In this document: piece by piece, positions 44,756 through 52,597 of the stretch
Position numbering within the stretch: the stretch's first letter is position 1
Layout: every line of letters starts with the position of its first letter
IMG/VR virus record: IMGVR_UViG_3300025127_000014
DNA from: an uncultured virus (IMG/VR IMGVR_UViG_3300025127_000014)
Taxonomy: Duplodnaviria; Heunggongvirae; Uroviricota; Caudoviricetes
Strand: one strand, 5' to 3'
Length of the DNA stretch: 64,000 bases
Position numbers and translations under genes: made by a program
Notes under the pieces: model-generated
The model's database searches: none
What the model was told of the DNA's origin: nothing
Seen by the model: only the letters and a program-made list of their open reading frames with translations

Positions 44756-47722
44756 ATGTCAGTTAAAAGTTTTAAGTTTGTATCCCCCGGCGTCTTTATC
44801 AATGAGATTGATAACTCATTTATTCCAAGACAGCCAGATGCGATTGGTCCAGTAATTATTGGTAGATCAGCCCGAGGTCTTGCATTGCAGCCGACTAAGG
44901 TTGAATCCTACTCTGAATTCGTGACTCAATTCGGAGATACGGTTGCCGGTGCAGGCGGCGGAGATGTCTATAGAGACGGTAATTACCAGTCTCCAATGTA
45001 TGGTACATACGCCGCAAAAGCGTTTCTGGATGCAAAAATTGCACCTGTTACATTTATCAGGCTATTAGGGCACCAAACAACCGCCGGTAGTGCGGCTGGT
45101 GGTGCTGCAGCTTGTGGTTGGAATCTAAGTGGTAGTGCCACAACTGATCCAAACACAAATGGTGGCGCATATGGTTTATTTATTGCTGCATCTGGTGCTT
45201 CTGGTGATCAGAGAAACATGGGTAATCTGTATCAGGCAGCTACCTTTTACTTAAATTCTGGTAAGATGTTCTTAAGCGGCGCAGTGGTCTCGGGTTCAGG
45301 CGAATCGACTGCTGTCTCCAACACGGCTATGGGTACTCACACAGTTATTGAGTGTGGGGGTGATGGTATATTTACAATGGTGATTTCATCAAGCGCTGAA
45401 GGCAAGTCGGATGGCGTGTCAAAGCTGGAAACCATCAAATTTACTTTAGATCCAAATAGCGATGATCACTTACGTAAAAAATTCAACACTAACCCGCAAT
45501 TAGCTAGTGCAAATGTTACAAGTTTTTATCCCGCTGCAACCCGCAAAACTTATTGGCTTGGGGAGTCATTTGACCAAGCAATAAGGGCTCAGGGTCTTCA
45601 TGCAACAGGTAAAAAGCGTGCTATTTTAATCCCAATTGGAAGAAACACGACTGCTCAAAACCCTAGCTACATGAAAGGCCAAGCATCGAATGAGGGCCGC
45701 GCTGGATGGTTTATTGGTCAGGACACAGGTGAGTCCGGTGTTTATGAGCCTGAAAACATGCAAAAACTTTTCCGTTTAATTGGTAGAGGACATGGCGAAT
45801 GGCTTCACAAAAACTGCAAAGTCTCTATTGAGAAAATAAGACAATCAACAACTCCTAGCACGAATCCATACGGTTCCTTTTCAGTTGTAATTCGTGATCT
45901 TTACGACACTGACGCAAACGTGACTGTTTTAGAAAGATTTGACCGCTGTAATTTAGATCCTGCATCTCCAAATTATATTGCTCGCAAGATTGGAAATCAA
46001 TATGCGGAATGGAATGATGCGGAAAAAAGACTTAGAGTTTATGGCGAATATCCAAATCAATCAAAGTATGTTTATGTTGATATGAACGAGGATGTTGAAA
46101 ATGGTTCTACTGGATATCCTGAACTGCTGCCATTTGGTTATTTTGGTCCACCTAAGCCAAGAGATATGATAAGCGTAACAGGTTCAGGGCCCATGACTGG
46201 CGAAGATTGGTTTACACCCGGTCAACAAACTGTTTTAGCTCCACAAGGCACAGGTAGTAATAAAGCCGGCATTTTTAAAGAGCAAGCATTTACTGCATTC
46301 TTGTCCGGTAATATTGGCTCTAATAATGGACCGCCGGCCGCGCTAGCTAACGGCGAGTTGACAGGTTCGTTTATTTTCCCGTCTTCGTCGCTTAGAATTT
46401 CGGCATCAGATGGAGGGCTTAGAAATCCAAAACGTGCCTACTTCGGCTTTAGCTCTAACCAGAGCCCTAGCAAAAATGTCGCTGATAGAAGTGTCGCTGA
46501 TTTCCATAGACTACCGTTCGCGGGCTATTTTGGTGATCCGACTACTGAGCTTCATATTAAAAATGGAGTCGAAGGTTGGTCTTATGTCTTCTCACTTGAT
46601 GACATTAACGCAAATTACGCGTACCAGTCAGGTTCAAGAAAAATTGGAGAATCAAAAACTTCAGGCTCCTATACTGATATTTTAAATGCCGGCTACAATA
46701 AGTTTACGGCACCGTTCTGGGGTGGTTTCGACGGATTTGATATTTTCCACCCTGATCCACTTTATAATGGAGCACTGTCTACATTGTCAACTGAAGACAA
46801 TAGCTATGTGTACGCCACATGGCGCCGAGCGATTGACACAGTTTCTGATCCTGAACAACTTGATATGAATCTTTTGGTAGCCCCCGGTTTGACTAACGAC
46901 AGTCTTACTGAGCGTATGGTTGACGTGTGCCAAGAACGCGCTGATTGCTTGGCTCTAATTGATCTACCAGATGTATATATTCCTCCACATGAGCAATACT
47001 ACTCTGATAAAAAGAGCAGAATTGGCACCACCCCACGCGGTGCTGCGCGTCAACTCCGCGACAGAAGGATTGATTCATCATATGGAGCAACGTTCTATCC
47101 TTGGGTACAAACAAGGGATGAAAACACAGGACAATTAGTATGGATCCCACCATCTGTGGCTGTACTTGGTGTTCTCGCTAGCTCAGAAGCTAAAACTGAT
47201 GTATGGTTTGCACCAGCCGGCTTCAACCGCGGCGGTATTGGCCAAGGTGCTGCTGGAATTCCAATAAGCAAAGTAAGTCAAAAATTGACTTCCAAAGATA
47301 GAGATGTTTTATATGAATATAACATTAACCCAATTGCATCATTCCCAAGTTCTGGAATTGTGCTCTTTGGCCAAAAAACGCTTCAAGAAAGACAGTCTGC
47401 ATTAGATAGAATTAATGTTAGAAGACTAGTGATTTACTTGAAAAAACAAATTTCTATTTTGTCAACTCAAGTTCTTTTTGAGCAAAATGTTCAAGCAACT
47501 TGGAATCGTTTTAAGGGATTAGTTGAACCATTCCTGTCAAATGTAAAGACTAGATTCGGTATTACAGACTACCGTTTAATTCTCGACGAAACGACAACTA
47601 CCCCTGACTTGATTGACCAAAATATCATGTACGCAAAAATTATGATTAAGCCGGCTAGAGCCATTGAGTTTGTTGCCATCGATTTCGTAATTCTCAACAC
47701 TGGTGCTTCATTCGATGATTGA
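44756..47722 (+). CDS. Contractile tail sheath protein 1 (gp18-like)
   Basis: SPGVFINEID N-terminus; WFAPAGFNRG, INPIASFP, GQKTLQ, DRINVRRL and KPARAIEFVAIDF. Confidence 0.95.
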   Translation: MSVKSFKFVSPGVFINEIDNSFIPRQPDAIGPVIIGRSARGLALQPTKVESYSEFVTQFGDTVAGAGGGDVYRDGNYQSPMYGTYAAKAFLDAKIAPVTFIRLLGHQTTAGSAAGGAAACGWNLSGSATTDPNTNGGAYGLFIAASGASGDQRNMGNLYQAATFYLNSGKMFLSGAVVSGSGESTAVSNTAMGTHTVIECGGDGIFTMVISSSAEGKSDGVSKLETIKFTLDPNSDDHLRKKFNTNPQLASANVTSFYPAATRKTYWLGESFDQAIRAQGLHATGKKRAILIPIGRNTTAQNPSYMKGQASNEGRAGWFIGQDTGESGVYEPENMQKLFRLIGRGHGEWLHKNCKVSIEKIRQSTTPSTNPYGSFSVVIRDLYDTDANVTVLERFDRCNLDPASPNYIARKIGNQYAEWNDAEKRLRVYGEYPNQSKYVYVDMNEDVENGSTGYPELLPFGYFGPPKPRDMISVTGSGPMTGEDWFTPGQQTVLAPQGTGSNKAGIFKEQAFTAFLSGNIGSNNGPPAALANGELTGSFIFPSSSLRISASDGGLRNPKRAYFGFSSNQSPSKNVADRSVADFHRLPFAGYFGDPTTELHIKNGVEGWSYVFSLDDINANYAYQSGSRKIGESKTSGSYTDILNAGYNKFTAPFWGGFDGFDIFHPDPLYNGALSTLSTEDNSYVYATWRRAIDTVSDPEQLDMNLLVAPGLTNDSLTERMVDVCQERADCLALIDLPDVYIPPHEQYYSDKKSRIGTTPRGAARQLRDRRIDSSYGATFYPWVQTRDENTGQLVWIPPSVAVLGVLASSEAKTDVWFAPAGFNRGGIGQGAAGIPISKVSQKLTSKDRDVLYEYNINPIASFPSSGIVLFGQKTLQERQSALDRINVRRLVIYLKKQISILSTQVLFEQNVQATWNRFKGLVEPFLSNVKTRFGITDYRLILDETTTTPDLIDQNIMYAKIMIKPARAIEFVAIDFVILNTGASFDD

Positions 47723-47745
47723 TGATTCACTAGTATTTTTAAGAC

Positions 47746-47753
47746 ACTATTTA
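47746..47753 (+). promoter_or_regulatory. Putative late promoter box ACTATTTA
   Basis: Between the two sheath genes. Confidence 0.7.
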
Positions 47754-47776
47754 AAATATAAAAGGATAAACCCAAA

Positions 47777-50764
47777 ATGTCAGTAAAAAGCTTCAAATTT
47801 GTATCCCCCGGAGTTTTCATCAACGAGATTGATAACTCGTTCATACCTAGAAGACCAGAGGCAATAGGGCCTGTAGTTATTGGCCGCGCTCGTAGAGGTC
47901 TTGCTATGACACCAGTAACATTAGAATCATATTCTGACTTTGTTACTGAGTTTGGCGAAACAGTTGCTGGTGCTGGTGGCGGTGACATTTATCGCGATGG
48001 TAATTACCAATCACCAATGTATGGCACATACGCTGCAAAAGCATTCTTGCGTTCTAATGTTGCGCCGGTCACATTTGTTAGACTATTGGGACACCAAACA
48101 AATACTGGTAAATCAGTTGGTGGTGACGCCGCGGCCGGCTGGAAAACTTCAAACCAGCCAAATGCTTCTGTTGGTTCAAATGGTGGTGCGTTTGGTCTTT
48201 GGATTTTTCATTCTGGAGCTACCAGTGATATAGGAACTGGAAGATTGGCTGCTGTTTGGTACTTAAATAAAGGAAAAATGTTTTTAAGTGGAAATATTGC
48301 TTGTGTAGACGGTGCTCCATCAACAGATCGAGGTGCCAAAGGAAATCATACTGTTATTGAGTCTGATGCTCAAGGCCATTTCAATCTTTTCATATCAGGC
48401 ACCATGCCAGAAGAGGCTATATCTTTTGGATTTGATGACACACAAGAATCGTTCTTGCGCAAAAGATTTAACACTAATCCACAGGTTGCATCAGACTCAA
48501 CATCGTTATTCTTCCCTGCCTCTGCTAGAAAAGATTATTGGCTTGGTGAGTCTTTTGAGCAGGCCTTGAGAAGAGACGGATTTACTTCAACAACAAATCT
48601 TTTTGGTGTTCTAGTACCATTAGGTGGCCACTCAGCAGCCGGCGGCCAAGATACTGATCTTGACCCTAGTAATATGAAAGCTCAAGAAGCAAGAGAGGGT
48701 GTGGCCGGCTGGTTCATTGGACAAGATTTAGGAGACGCAGGTTCTTACGAGCCTCAAAATGCACAAAAATTATTCCGGCTTCGAGGCCGCGGCCATGGTG
48801 AGTGGCTTCACAAAAACTGTAAAGTTTCAATTGAAAAAGTAAGGCAGTCTACAACTACTAGCAGCCCTTATGGTTCATTCTCAGTTGTTATAAGAGACAT
48901 AAAAGACACAGACAGCAGGGTCGTGGTCCTAGAGCGTTTTGATAATTGCAATCTGGACCCGAGATCTCCAAACTACGTTGGCCGTAAAATCGGTACCGAG
49001 TATGTAGAGTTTGATAAAACAGAAAAGCGATTAAAAACTTACGGCGATTATCCTAATCAATCTAAATACGTATATGTTGAAATGAATGATGACGTTGAAG
49101 CTGGCGCAACAGATTCGACGCTCATACCTTTTGGTTACTATGGTCCTCCAAAGCCCGCTGATTTCACTGTTTCAGGATCCAGCCTTGGCTCTATTCATGT
49201 GGCTGTAGCTCAAGAAAGGTTTGTCTTAGATGGAAGGTATATTGTTGCTGGCGACAAAAACGATGTAGCTCAAGGTGTGGATGCGTCTGGTAACTGGCCA
49301 GCCTTCTTGTCGGCTAGTGTTGGTGCTGGATCACCCGGCGAAGGGGCTGTCGATGCTCAAACAGCGGACGGTGCTCAAGATGGTAATGCTTTGACTGGAA
49401 CGCTTGCGTTTCCAAGTTCATCGATTAGAATATCAGCTTCTGATGGTGGCCTTAGAGACCCAACTAATGCATACTGGGGATTTTCATCAACAAGACTGGC
49501 TTCGTCAACACGACCAGACGCGAGTTTAGCTGATTTCCATAGATTACCGTATGCAAATTTTGCTAATGATCCAACAACCGAAGCTTTCAACAAAAATGGA
49601 ATTCAAGCATGGTCATACATATTCTCAATGGATGATGTTACCTTGTCGGGATCTGCATACTACTATTTGTCCGGCTCTCGTAAAAATGGAGCGTCTGCTA
49701 CAAGTTCGTCATATACTGATATTTTAAACGCTGGTTATAACAAGTTTACGGCACCATTCTGGGGCGGATTTGATGGCTTTGATATTACCAAGCCAGATCC
49801 AACTTTCAATGCCGGAATGACTGCGACATCGAATGAAGATAATAACTATATTTATCACACTTGGAGACGCGCGATTGATATTGTTTCTGATTCTGAAGAC
49901 TATAACATGAACGTTTTGACTGCACCGGGCTTAACTCAAGAAGGGTTAACTGCTCACATGATTGACGTTTGTGAAGAAAGAGGCGACTCGTTAGCGCTCA
50001 TTGATCTTCCAGATGTTTATATTCCACCACACGAAGCTTATCACGCTTCTAAAAAGGATCGACTTGGCACTACTGTTGATGGAGTATCTAGACAATTAAG
50101 TGATAGAAGGCTTGATTCATCATACGGTGCAACTTTCTACCCATGGGTTCAGACTAGAGACGAAAACACAGGACAATTAGTGTGGATTCCGCCTAGTGTT
50201 GCTGTGTTGGGAGTGCTTGGAACTTCTGAAGCTAAAACTGATGTTTGGTTTGCTCCTGCTGGATTCAACCGCGGAAGCCTGACGGCTGGAGCGGCCGGTA
50301 TTCCGATTGTCAACGTTACTGAGAGATTAACTTCGGATGATCGCGACACACTTTATGAGTACAATATCAATCCAATTGCTTCCTTCCCAAGCTCTGGAAT
50401 TGTGTTATTCGGACAGAAAACTCTTCAAGAACGCGAATCCGCCCTCGATAGAATTAATGTACGTAGATTGGTTATTTACTTGAAGAAGCAAATTTCAATT
50501 CTTTCGACTGAGGTTCTTTTTGAACAAAATGTTCAAGCGACTTGGAACAGATTCAAGGGTCTTGTAGAGCCATTCCTTTCGAATGTCAAAACAAGATTCG
50601 GAATCACAGATTACAGGCTTATCCTCGATGAGTCTACCACAACCCCTGATCTTATTGATCAGAACATTATGTATGCGAAGATAATGATTAAACCAGCAAG
50701 AGCTATCGAATTCATTGCCATTGATTTCGTGATTCTTAACACTGGCGCGTCATTTGATGACTAA
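47777..50764 (+). CDS. Contractile tail sheath protein 2 (gp18-like)
   Basis: Same motifs as sheath 1; collinear full-length paralog. Confidence 0.95.
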   Translation: MSVKSFKFVSPGVFINEIDNSFIPRRPEAIGPVVIGRARRGLAMTPVTLESYSDFVTEFGETVAGAGGGDIYRDGNYQSPMYGTYAAKAFLRSNVAPVTFVRLLGHQTNTGKSVGGDAAAGWKTSNQPNASVGSNGGAFGLWIFHSGATSDIGTGRLAAVWYLNKGKMFLSGNIACVDGAPSTDRGAKGNHTVIESDAQGHFNLFISGTMPEEAISFGFDDTQESFLRKRFNTNPQVASDSTSLFFPASARKDYWLGESFEQALRRDGFTSTTNLFGVLVPLGGHSAAGGQDTDLDPSNMKAQEAREGVAGWFIGQDLGDAGSYEPQNAQKLFRLRGRGHGEWLHKNCKVSIEKVRQSTTTSSPYGSFSVVIRDIKDTDSRVVVLERFDNCNLDPRSPNYVGRKIGTEYVEFDKTEKRLKTYGDYPNQSKYVYVEMNDDVEAGATDSTLIPFGYYGPPKPADFTVSGSSLGSIHVAVAQERFVLDGRYIVAGDKNDVAQGVDASGNWPAFLSASVGAGSPGEGAVDAQTADGAQDGNALTGTLAFPSSSIRISASDGGLRDPTNAYWGFSSTRLASSTRPDASLADFHRLPYANFANDPTTEAFNKNGIQAWSYIFSMDDVTLSGSAYYYLSGSRKNGASATSSSYTDILNAGYNKFTAPFWGGFDGFDITKPDPTFNAGMTATSNEDNNYIYHTWRRAIDIVSDSEDYNMNVLTAPGLTQEGLTAHMIDVCEERGDSLALIDLPDVYIPPHEAYHASKKDRLGTTVDGVSRQLSDRRLDSSYGATFYPWVQTRDENTGQLVWIPPSVAVLGVLGTSEAKTDVWFAPAGFNRGSLTAGAAGIPIVNVTERLTSDDRDTLYEYNINPIASFPSSGIVLFGQKTLQERESALDRINVRRLVIYLKKQISILSTEVLFEQNVQATWNRFKGLVEPFLSNVKTRFGITDYRLILDESTTTPDLIDQNIMYAKIMIKPARAIEFIAIDFVILNTGASFDD

Positions 50765-50790
50765 AACTAAGGGGGAAAACATTTTCCCTC

Positions 50791-50798
50791 ACTATTTA
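50791..50798 (+). promoter_or_regulatory. Putative late promoter box ACTATTTA
   Basis: After a GGGAAAA/TTTTCCC hairpin, upstream of the tube gene. Confidence 0.7.
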
Positions 50799-50823
50799 AT
50801 TTTATAACAGGAGAACTTAAACA

Positions 50824-51408
50824 ATGCCATTTTGGTCAACAAACTTCGGAGAGGACACCAGCCTCAAAGATCCGAAGAGAAATTTTAGATTTACCGTAGA
50901 ATTCCAAGGAATTCAAGCTGAACAAGGAGGGGCCCTTGCTTGGTATGCTAAAAGCACAAATAAGCCTGCTTTTACTGTTGAAAATGTTGAACATGCGTAT
51001 TTGAACCACAAGTTCTACTATCCCGGTGCTGTTACATGGAACACAGTTACTGTTGAAATGGTCGATCCTGTTAGCCCTGATGTCACCGCAACGTTCTCCG
51101 ATATTTTAAGACTTTCTGGCTATTCTCCCCCTGCTAACGCTACGTCTCTTGGCTCAATTTCCAAAGCCAAAGCTGCCGGCGCGCTTGGTACTGTGATTAT
51201 TACTCAGATTGATTCTGATGGTCGACCACTTGAAACTTGGACCCTTTGGAATGCCTTTGTTAAAGACTTCCAGCTTGGCCAGCTTTCGTATGGTGACGAT
51301 GATCTTACCACTGCTACAGTCGAGCTTATGTATGACTGGGCCCGTGTAGAAACTGCGAATCCATCCGTTGCTGTTGCCGGTGGTGGAAATGCTTTCTTCA
51401 ACACATGA
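50824..51408 (+). CDS. Tail tube protein (gp19-like)
   Basis: DPKRNFRF, YYPGAVTW, VDPVSP, ETWTLWNAF and LMYDWA; follows the sheaths. Confidence 0.9.
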   Translation: MPFWSTNFGEDTSLKDPKRNFRFTVEFQGIQAEQGGALAWYAKSTNKPAFTVENVEHAYLNHKFYYPGAVTWNTVTVEMVDPVSPDVTATFSDILRLSGYSPPANATSLGSISKAKAAGALGTVIITQIDSDGRPLETWTLWNAFVKDFQLGQLSYGDDDLTTATVELMYDWARVETANPSVAVAGGGNAFFNT

Positions 51409-51435
51409 TGACAATAAAAAAACGAGAGGTGTACA

Positions 51436-52287
51436 TTGTCTAGAAATCAAGACCGCCTAGGTGGCGTTCAACAACAAGATACTTCCCCGCCTGTTCAGGC
51501 AATGAACGAAGGGACGGGAGGTTTCTCATTTGTAATTCCTACGGAATTTGTGGAATTACCAACAGGCGGCAGATATTACCCGCCCGGACACCCTCTTCAC
51601 AATCAATCTGCCATTGAAATCAAGCAGATGACTGCTAAGGAAGAGGATATGCTCACATCTAGAACATTGCTTAAAAAAGGCGTTGCTCTGGATAGAGTTA
51701 TCAGTAGCTTAATTGTAAACAAAGCAATTGATCCTGATTCACTGTTTATTGGTGACAGAAATGCTATTTTGGTTGCCACCAGAGTTTCAGGCTATGGTAA
51801 CGATTACCAAACTAAAGTAACATGCCCCGCATGCGGTGCTAATCAAGAGTATTCTTTTGATTTAAACGACGCTGATATTTTTTGCGGTGACGAAGGTAAC
51901 CCAATGAATGTTACGGACAACCACAATGGCACATTTAATGTTACATTGCCAAAAACTAATGTAATTGTTACTTTTAAGCTGTTAACTGGAATTGACGAAA
52001 AGCGCCTTGTGGCTGGCGTCGAAGCAGACAAGAAAAAACGTATAGATCGTGGCATTACAAGACAGCTTGCTTCCATGATTATAGCTGTAAACGAAGATGA
52101 CAGTATTGACGCTATTAAATACTTGGTTGAGAACATACCTTCGTCTGATTCGCGTCATCTTAGGTTGGCCTATAAGGTTACAGCACCAAATGTTGATTTA
52201 ACACAACATTTTGAATGTGGTGAGTGTGGTCACGAACAGGACATGGAGGTCCCGCTTAACGCGGACTTTTTTTGGCCTGACCGATGA
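51436..52287 (+). CDS. Tail/baseplate-hub assembly chaperone (T4 gp26-like)
   Basis: VELPTGG, MTAKEEDML, GDRNAILVATRVSGYG, two CxxC and C-terminal FFWP; TTG start with GAGGTG RBS. Confidence 0.8.
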   Translation: MSRNQDRLGGVQQQDTSPPVQAMNEGTGGFSFVIPTEFVELPTGGRYYPPGHPLHNQSAIEIKQMTAKEEDMLTSRTLLKKGVALDRVISSLIVNKAIDPDSLFIGDRNAILVATRVSGYGNDYQTKVTCPACGANQEYSFDLNDADIFCGDEGNPMNVTDNHNGTFNVTLPKTNVIVTFKLLTGIDEKRLVAGVEADKKKRIDRGITRQLASMIIAVNEDDSIDAIKYLVENIPSSDSRHLRLAYKVTAPNVDLTQHFECGECGHEQDMEVPLNADFFWPDR

Positions 52288-52546
52288 ATACATGGAAAGC
52301 GTGTACGAACAGTTTTTCTTCCTAAAATATTCAGGAGGCTGGTCGTTTAGCGAAGCATACAATTTGCCGATCGGTCTTCGCTCGTGGTTCACACAACGTT
52401 TGATAAAACAACTTGAGATGGAAAAAGAAGCTATTGAAAATGCTTCCAAGAGTGGTAGTAGTAAAAATGCTAGCACATACACCTTAACACCAGATAATGA
52501 GCCAAGCATACCTCCACAGTTTGCCCCGTTTCAGGGACAGAAATAA
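52268..52546 (+). CDS. Second tail chaperone segment (gp51/GT-like), probably reached by frameshift
   Basis: +1 frame entered at the T7 run: FFGLTDEYMESVYEQFFFLKYSGGWSFSEAYNLPIGLRSWF; no clear RBS before the internal ATG at 52292. Confidence 0.7.
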   Translation, partial: FFGLTDEYMESVYEQFFFLKYSGGWSFSEAYNLPIGLRSWFTQRLIKQLEMEKEAIENASKSGSSKNASTYTLTPDNEPSIPPQFAPFQGQK

Positions 52547-52571
52547 CGGCACTCTTGTTTTTTAGTATAAA

Positions 52572-52579
52572 ACTATTTA
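52572..52579 (+). promoter_or_regulatory. Putative late promoter box ACTATTTA
   Basis: Upstream of the GTG at 52598. Confidence 0.65.
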
Positions 52580-52597
52580 CTTTCAGAGGATTTTATT

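Noticed and set aside
44756..50764. Assembly artefact duplicating the sheath gene
   Set aside because: The copies differ at many synonymous sites and have different central loops.
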